Origin: Sedimentisphaerales bacterium
GTDB lineage: Bacteria > Planctomycetota > Phycisphaerae > Sedimentisphaerales > SM23-30
DNA length: 64,000 bases
Direction: 5' to 3'
Assembly: GCA_963663965.2 (NCBI GenBank)
Contig: CAXXFK010000018.1
Span: forward strand, 64,001-128,000
Below are positions 59,258 through 64,000 of this stretch, in pieces; positions within the stretch are counted from its first letter, which is position 1, and each line of letters starts with the position of its first letter. The notes under the pieces are model-generated. The model worked only from the letters and a program-made list of their open reading frames with translations, was not told the origin of the DNA and searched no databases. The position numbers were made by a program, and so were the translations under genes.

Positions 59258-61151
59258 GTGCGCCGGGCATGATATCATGCTCATGGGGTTAAAGTCCCCT
59301 GCGGGCCGTGATGAGCGGAACCGCGAGCCGAAGGCAACTGCGGTGCAGTGATGCATCGTGGGAAGGAAGCCTCAGGTCAAAGTTGGACTCGACGGACAGG
59401 AACCGGATAGCAGGCCGGTGTCGTCTGGGTAAGGGAGCAATGGATTCCGATGCCCGATACTCATTCGGAGACGACAACGGTAAATTCGGCGAGGCCCAAC
59501 GGGAAGCATGATATCTTACCCCGGGAGATCTGCAAGGCAGTCCTGTTGGACACTGTGCTATCAAGACTATAACGCTCAAGATGGCACGGATTCTTGCAGA
59601 AGTCAGCAGAGGTCATAGTAGGGGGCTTCCTTTAAGCTCCCAAAGGACCGAATTTTATGGACAGGCTCGTTGCGAGCGAGACACTCGATGGCCAACCAGG
59701 CACCGACAACTCAAGGCGATTTGAACCCCGGCCGGGGCGGCGAGAGCGGTACTCAAGCTGTCCGGCCCGAGGCGTGTAGTTGCGCTGCGGCGATCTCGAC
59801 ACCCCAACCCCTGACCGACCATCTGATGGAACAGATTGTTGCCAAAGACAATCTGCGCCAGGCTTATCGGCGCGTCGTGGCCAATAAAGGAGCGGCCGGT
59901 ATCGACGGTATGACCGTTGAAGACCTGTACGCATGGTGCCGCGCGCATATCAGCGAACTGATCGAACACCTGTTGACCGGCCGGTATCGTCCGGCACCGG
60001 TGCGCGGAGTTACTATTCCCAAGCCCGGCGGCGGTCGGCGGCAACTGGGCATTCCCACCGCCGTGGACCGGATGGTACAACAGGCGATCCTACAAGTCCT
60101 GACTCCCATTTTTGAGCGAGAATTCAGTAACGCCAGTTATGGGTTTCGGCCCGGCCGAAGCGCTCATCAGGCCATTGGCAAGGCGAGCGAGTATGTCCGG
60201 AACGGCTACAACGTTGTAGTCGATATGGACTTGGAGAAGTTCTTTGACCGGGTCAATCACGATATGCTGATGGCCCGAGTGGCCCGCTCTGTCAAAGACA
60301 AGCGGCTGCTGAAACTGCTGCGAGCCTTCTTAAATGCGGGCTTAATGCAGGATGGCGTGGTGCAACCGCGCGAAGAGGGCACTCCGCAAGGCGGCCCCCT
60401 GAGCCCATTGCTGGCGAATGTGTTATTGACAGACTTCGACCGGGAGATGGAAAAGCGCGGCCACCGATTTGTGCGTTATGCGGATGACTGCAATATCTAT
60501 GTGCAGTCGATTCGGGCCGGCGAACGGGTGCTGGACAGTGTGACTCGTTTCCTGCAAGTCCAGCTGAAACTCAAAGTGAATCGGGAGAAATCGGCGGTAG
60601 GCCATGTGAGTGAGCGCAGCTTTCTCGGCTACCGCCTGTTTCGACGACGGGAGCCTCGGACTGTCCCAAAAGAGTGTCTCCCGTTTTAAGGACAAGATTC
60701 GCGAGTTGACCCGGCGCAACAAGCCGGGGCGATACGCGGCGATTATTACGCGCGTAAACCGTACGCTGACCGGATGGCTCAATTATTACCGATATATCCG
60801 CAGCGATGCGACACTGAAGAAGCTGGACGGCTGGATTCGCCGCAAGTTGCGAGCCATCAAACTCAAACAACTCAAGCGGAACTATACGACTGCCAAGTTC
60901 TTTATTCGCCACGATGTCGCCGAATACCAAGCCTGGCTCGGCGCATTGAGCGGTGTGGGGTACTGGCGGAAAAGCGCCATGCCTGAATCGCACCAAGCCA
61001 TGAATTTGCAATGGTTTAAAGAACAAGGATTGATCAGCCTGTCTCGCAGATGGCGGGATTTAAAAGAAATTCCATAGGAAACCGCCCGGTGCCGAGCAGG
61101 CACGCCGGGTGGTGTGAGAGGTTGGGGCTGCAAAGCCCCCGCCTACTCGAT
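59258..61151 (+). mobile_element. Group II intron, class IIC
   Basis: 5' GTGCG; domain V GAAACCGCCCGGTGCCGAGCAGGCACGCCGGGTGGTGTG with CGC triad; domain VI ending CTACTCGAT; sits after a terminator. Confidence 0.92.
59688..61077 (+). pseudogene. ltrA: Group II intron reverse transcriptase/maturase, frameshifted at ~60640
   Basis: 'NKGAAGIDG', 'RQLGIPT..DR', 'GTPQGGPLSPLLAN', 'RYADD', 'FLGY'; the X domain continues in another frame (60610..61077 ORF). Confidence 0.85.
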
Positions 61152-61204
61152 ATGTAATAAACAGGATGGTTATCTTATGCCGGCAGTATTAGCTGGCCAT
61201 AGGA

Positions 61205-62119
61205 TTATTCCTGCTTAATTGATTGAGAGGTCATTCGAAAATCCCTCGGGGTCATCCCTGTCCGATTTTTAAAAACCCGGTGAAAATAGTAACTGTTTTC
61301 ATATCCCACTCTCGTTGCCACTTCATTACAGCGCAAAGACGTGGTTCGTAACAGGGTGCGGGCGGCTTCAATGCGTAATTGCTGTTGATATTCCAAAGGG
61401 GTCATTTGATATTCCCGCTTGAAGATGCGAAACAAGTACCCTCGTGAAATACCACAATTGTCTGCCAGTCGGTCGATATCCAGAGGCAGGTGAAAGTTCT
61501 GGCGGATTGCTTCGCGAGCCTTGATCAAGGCGTCATGTTCGGTTGGAGTGGCTGTTTCGACATTTCCGATTGTAATCAGCAGTTCAAATACGGTCATCAA
61601 AGCCCGTTGTTCATAAAAATGGGATAGCGGACTGGCCTGATCGGCAAAATCGACGATTTCAATTAATACAGACTTAAGTTGACGGGTTTGCTGGGCATTG
61701 AGTTGAACAGGGCCTGCCAGATTGGTGTTGATTCCAAATAATTCCAAAATCAATTGCTCAATCGCCAGATCCAGAAAAATGCCTTGATCAGTCTCGTAGG
61801 TGAAAGTGACTTCTGAATAAATGGTATCAGCCCGGTCAGTAACAAAATCATGTGATTGGCCGGGTGATATGATTGCCAGCGATCCTGGTCCGGCCTGGAA
61901 TTTCTTGCCATTTACCCGATAGCCGCCCTGATTTGCAGTGTATAATACCAGATGATAAACTGGATGGGCGTGTTCCCGAAAGGTTTTCTGGTCACCATAA
62001 GGCCGGTTTTGATCGATAGTTGCATGATGCAGACAGGGATAATATTTGCCCTGAGGCAGATGTAAAGCCAGCCATTGGGCCTGTACTGGACGTCCGGAAG
62101 TACGGATATAACTTCGCAT
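61205..62119 (-). CDS. AraC family transcriptional regulator
   Basis: Cupin 'HAHPVYH' and C-terminal AraC HTH 'VGYENSYYFHRVFK'. Confidence 0.92.
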   Translation of the reverse strand: MRSYIRTSGRPVQAQWLALHLPQGKYYPCLHHATIDQNRPYGDQKTFREHAHPVYHLVLYTANQGGYRVNGKKFQAGPGSLAIISPGQSHDFVTDRADTIYSEVTFTYETDQGIFLDLAIEQLILELFGINTNLAGPVQLNAQQTRQLKSVLIEIVDFADQASPLSHFYEQRALMTVFELLITIGNVETATPTEHDALIKAREAIRQNFHLPLDIDRLADNCGISRGYLFRIFKREYQMTPLEYQQQLRIEAARTLLRTTSLRCNEVATRVGYENSYYFHRVFKNRTGMTPRDFRMTSQSIKQE

Positions 62120-62236
62120 AAGTCACTATTGTATAATAAAAGGTGATGATTATGTATTTGATTTAATGGCCAGATGATTATAATACATATAATAAATTGA
62201 TTCAAGTCTCGTTTTACTTATAAGTATCGTGAAGCA

Positions 62237-63282
62237 ATGAAAAACAAACACTGGAATGAATTGTTAAAGCTGATCGCTGGTGAGCCGCTGGAGATGTTAC
62301 CGACCGGACTGATTATCGATAGTCCCTGGTTGCCTGGATGGGCTGGCATTGACACCCTGGATTATTTTACCAGTGATGAACTCTGGTTTCAGGCGAATTT
62401 AAAAGCGGAAGAGGTATTTGAAGACCTCTGGTTCCTGCCCGGTTTCTGGGCTGAATATGGGATGTGTACGGAACCGTCGGCTTTTGGCGCCCGTTGCAGC
62501 TGGCATCGGAATGAGTTGCCGTTTGCACATAAAACCATTCATAGTCTGGAAGAAATCGACCGGCTTGTCGTACCAGACCCGGCAGTAGACGGCTTGGCGC
62601 CTTTTGTGATAAAGCGGTTAGAGAGGTATCGTTCCCGGATCGAGCAGGCCGGACATTCAATACGCTTTGCCGTGGCGCGCGGCCCGCTTAATGTGGCCTC
62701 TTTTATGATGGGAGCGACTGAATTTTTAATGGCATTGCGTGATGATTCCCTTAGAATTCACAAGCTGTTACGGGTAATTACGGACTACCTGATACAATGG
62801 CTCGACCTGCAAATCAAAACATTTGACAGTATTGAGGGGATTTTAGTTCTGGATGATATCGTTGGATTCTGTGGGGAGCCGGATTTTCTGGAATTCGCCC
62901 GGCCTTATCTGACTGAAATATTTCAGGCTTTCAATGTTCCAGTCAAGCTCTTTCATAACGATGCTGATGGCCGTGTTTGTGCCGGATACCTTCATAAGAT
63001 GGGGGTCAATATTTTTAATTTCAGTTTTCTGCACAACCTGGCGGAAATGCGAGAGTGGGCAGGCGATAAGTTACGCTGCTGGGCAATATTCCGCCGAGGG
63101 ATATTCTGGCCCAGGGCGAACCGTCCGATGTCAAAGCCGCCGTGCAATCCGCACTGGCCGGCTTAAATGATTATCGCAATATTATCATGTCCTGTGGCGG
63201 GGGTACGCCCGATGGAGTATCGACTGAAAACATTCAGGCCTTATTGGAATCGACACAGGAGTTCCAAAAAACTTTGGTTTAA
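62237..63282 (+). pseudogene. Uroporphyrinogen decarboxylase-like protein with one frameshift at ~63069 (possibly a sequencing error)
   Basis: 'IIDSPWLPG', 'RGPLN.AS', 'LDDIVG', 'FHND'; continues as 'TLLGNIPPRD...SCGGG' in another frame to TAA 63282. Confidence 0.75.
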
Positions 63283-63296
63283 TTTTGGGGGCATTT

Positions 63297-64000
63297 ATGC
63301 GCAATCTTTTTGCAGTGTGTTTGATGGGAATTTTCATGAGCCAGTTACTGGCTGCTGATCGTAAAGAGTTTACCGTCCGTGGCGGGGAGTCGGACTGGCT
63401 GAATATGCCGGTTGCTGTCAGTCTTGATGGGCTGCGTCCTTGTGGCGACGATGAAATGATCTTGCTTGAACAAGTGATTGGAACCCGTCGATTTAGTGTG
63501 CCCTGTCAGGTCGAACCCGGACCAAACGCGCAACTCTGGTTTATTCCCTTAGAACCCATCCCATCCGGGAATATCGTTTCTTACGAAATAAGTTTGAAAT
63601 CCGCCGAGGCCGTTACGCCGGTCGTGATAGTTGAGCGAACGGATAAAGAGTTTAAACTGTTAACTTCACAAGGGCCTGTTTTGGATTATTACTATGCACT
63701 GCACGATGTGCCCGCGGGAGTCGATCCGGCTTTTCGGCGCAGCGGTTTTATTCATCCGCTCTGGTCGCCCGGAGGACAGGTGCTCACAGAGATCCAGCCC
63801 AAAGACCATTATCATCATTATGGGATCTGGAATCCCTGGACCAAAACCCATATCGAAGGCCGCGAGATCGATTTCTGGAACCTGGTCAAGAAACAGGGTA
63901 CCGTTCGGTTTGCCGGTTTGCTGGCCATTGAAACCGGGCCGGTTTTTGCCCGTTTGGCGGTCAGGCAGGAACATGTGATGTTTGAGTCAGATGGCCGTGA
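63297..64000 (+). CDS. Secreted PmoA-like (DUF6807) family protein, 3' end outside window
   Basis: Manual translation open to the window end: signal peptide, 'RSGFIHPLWSPGG.VLT..QPKDHYHHYGIW.PW', 'IDFWN'. Confidence 0.75.
   Translation, partial: MRNLFAVCLMGIFMSQLLAADRKEFTVRGGESDWLNMPVAVSLDGLRPCGDDEMILLEQVIGTRRFSVPCQVEPGPNAQLWFIPLEPIPSGNIVSYEISLKSAEAVTPVVIVERTDKEFKLLTSQGPVLDYYYALHDVPAGVDPAFRRSGFIHPLWSPGGQVLTEIQPKDHYHHYGIWNPWTKTHIEGREIDFWNLVKKQGTVRFAGLLAIETGPVFARLAVRQEHVMFESDGR

Noticed and set aside
59582..59598. Sigma54-like TGGCAC...TTGCA
   Set aside because: GG-to-GC spacing is 11 rather than 10, and it lies inside intron RNA
59688..61077. RT as a retron, DGR or defence-associated RT
   Set aside because: Group II intron ends, domains V/VI and a maturase domain are all present

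Overview
Bacterial chromosomal segment, most likely from a Phycisphaerae/Sedimentisphaerales-type planctomycete. This is inferred from a LEPR-XLL-type giant protein, three prepilin-type H-X9-DG proteins and VPAPGA-type PEP-CTERM sorting signals. The backbone carries ftsW, sugar-metabolism regulators, a PLD-family lipoprotein, an ECF sigma/anti-sigma operon, MscS, two paralogous MCPs, an M6 metalloprotease, glycosyltransferases, tandem hemerythrins, a DUF4956-CotH pair and UroD-like proteins. Main highlights: (1) an AT-rich island (~20.5-27.2 kb) with controller HTH + C5 methyltransferase + Vsr converging on a four-gene operon (small protein, GHKL/MORC-like ATPase, two unknown proteins), a candidate undescribed methylation-linked defence system; (2) a bacterial histone-fold protein with a Lys/Ala-rich N-terminal tail, divergent from a protein with an extremely acidic tail; (3) a class IIC group II intron inserted directly after a terminator, with a one-base frameshift in its RT ORF; (4) several MITE families, some sharing an internal core; (5) a cluster of triple-repeat units at 19.1-19.6 kb; (6) six sigma28-like promoters, several upstream of unexpected genes. 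No tRNA, rRNA or CRISPR array was seen. All family calls come from motif recognition by eye, not database searches.
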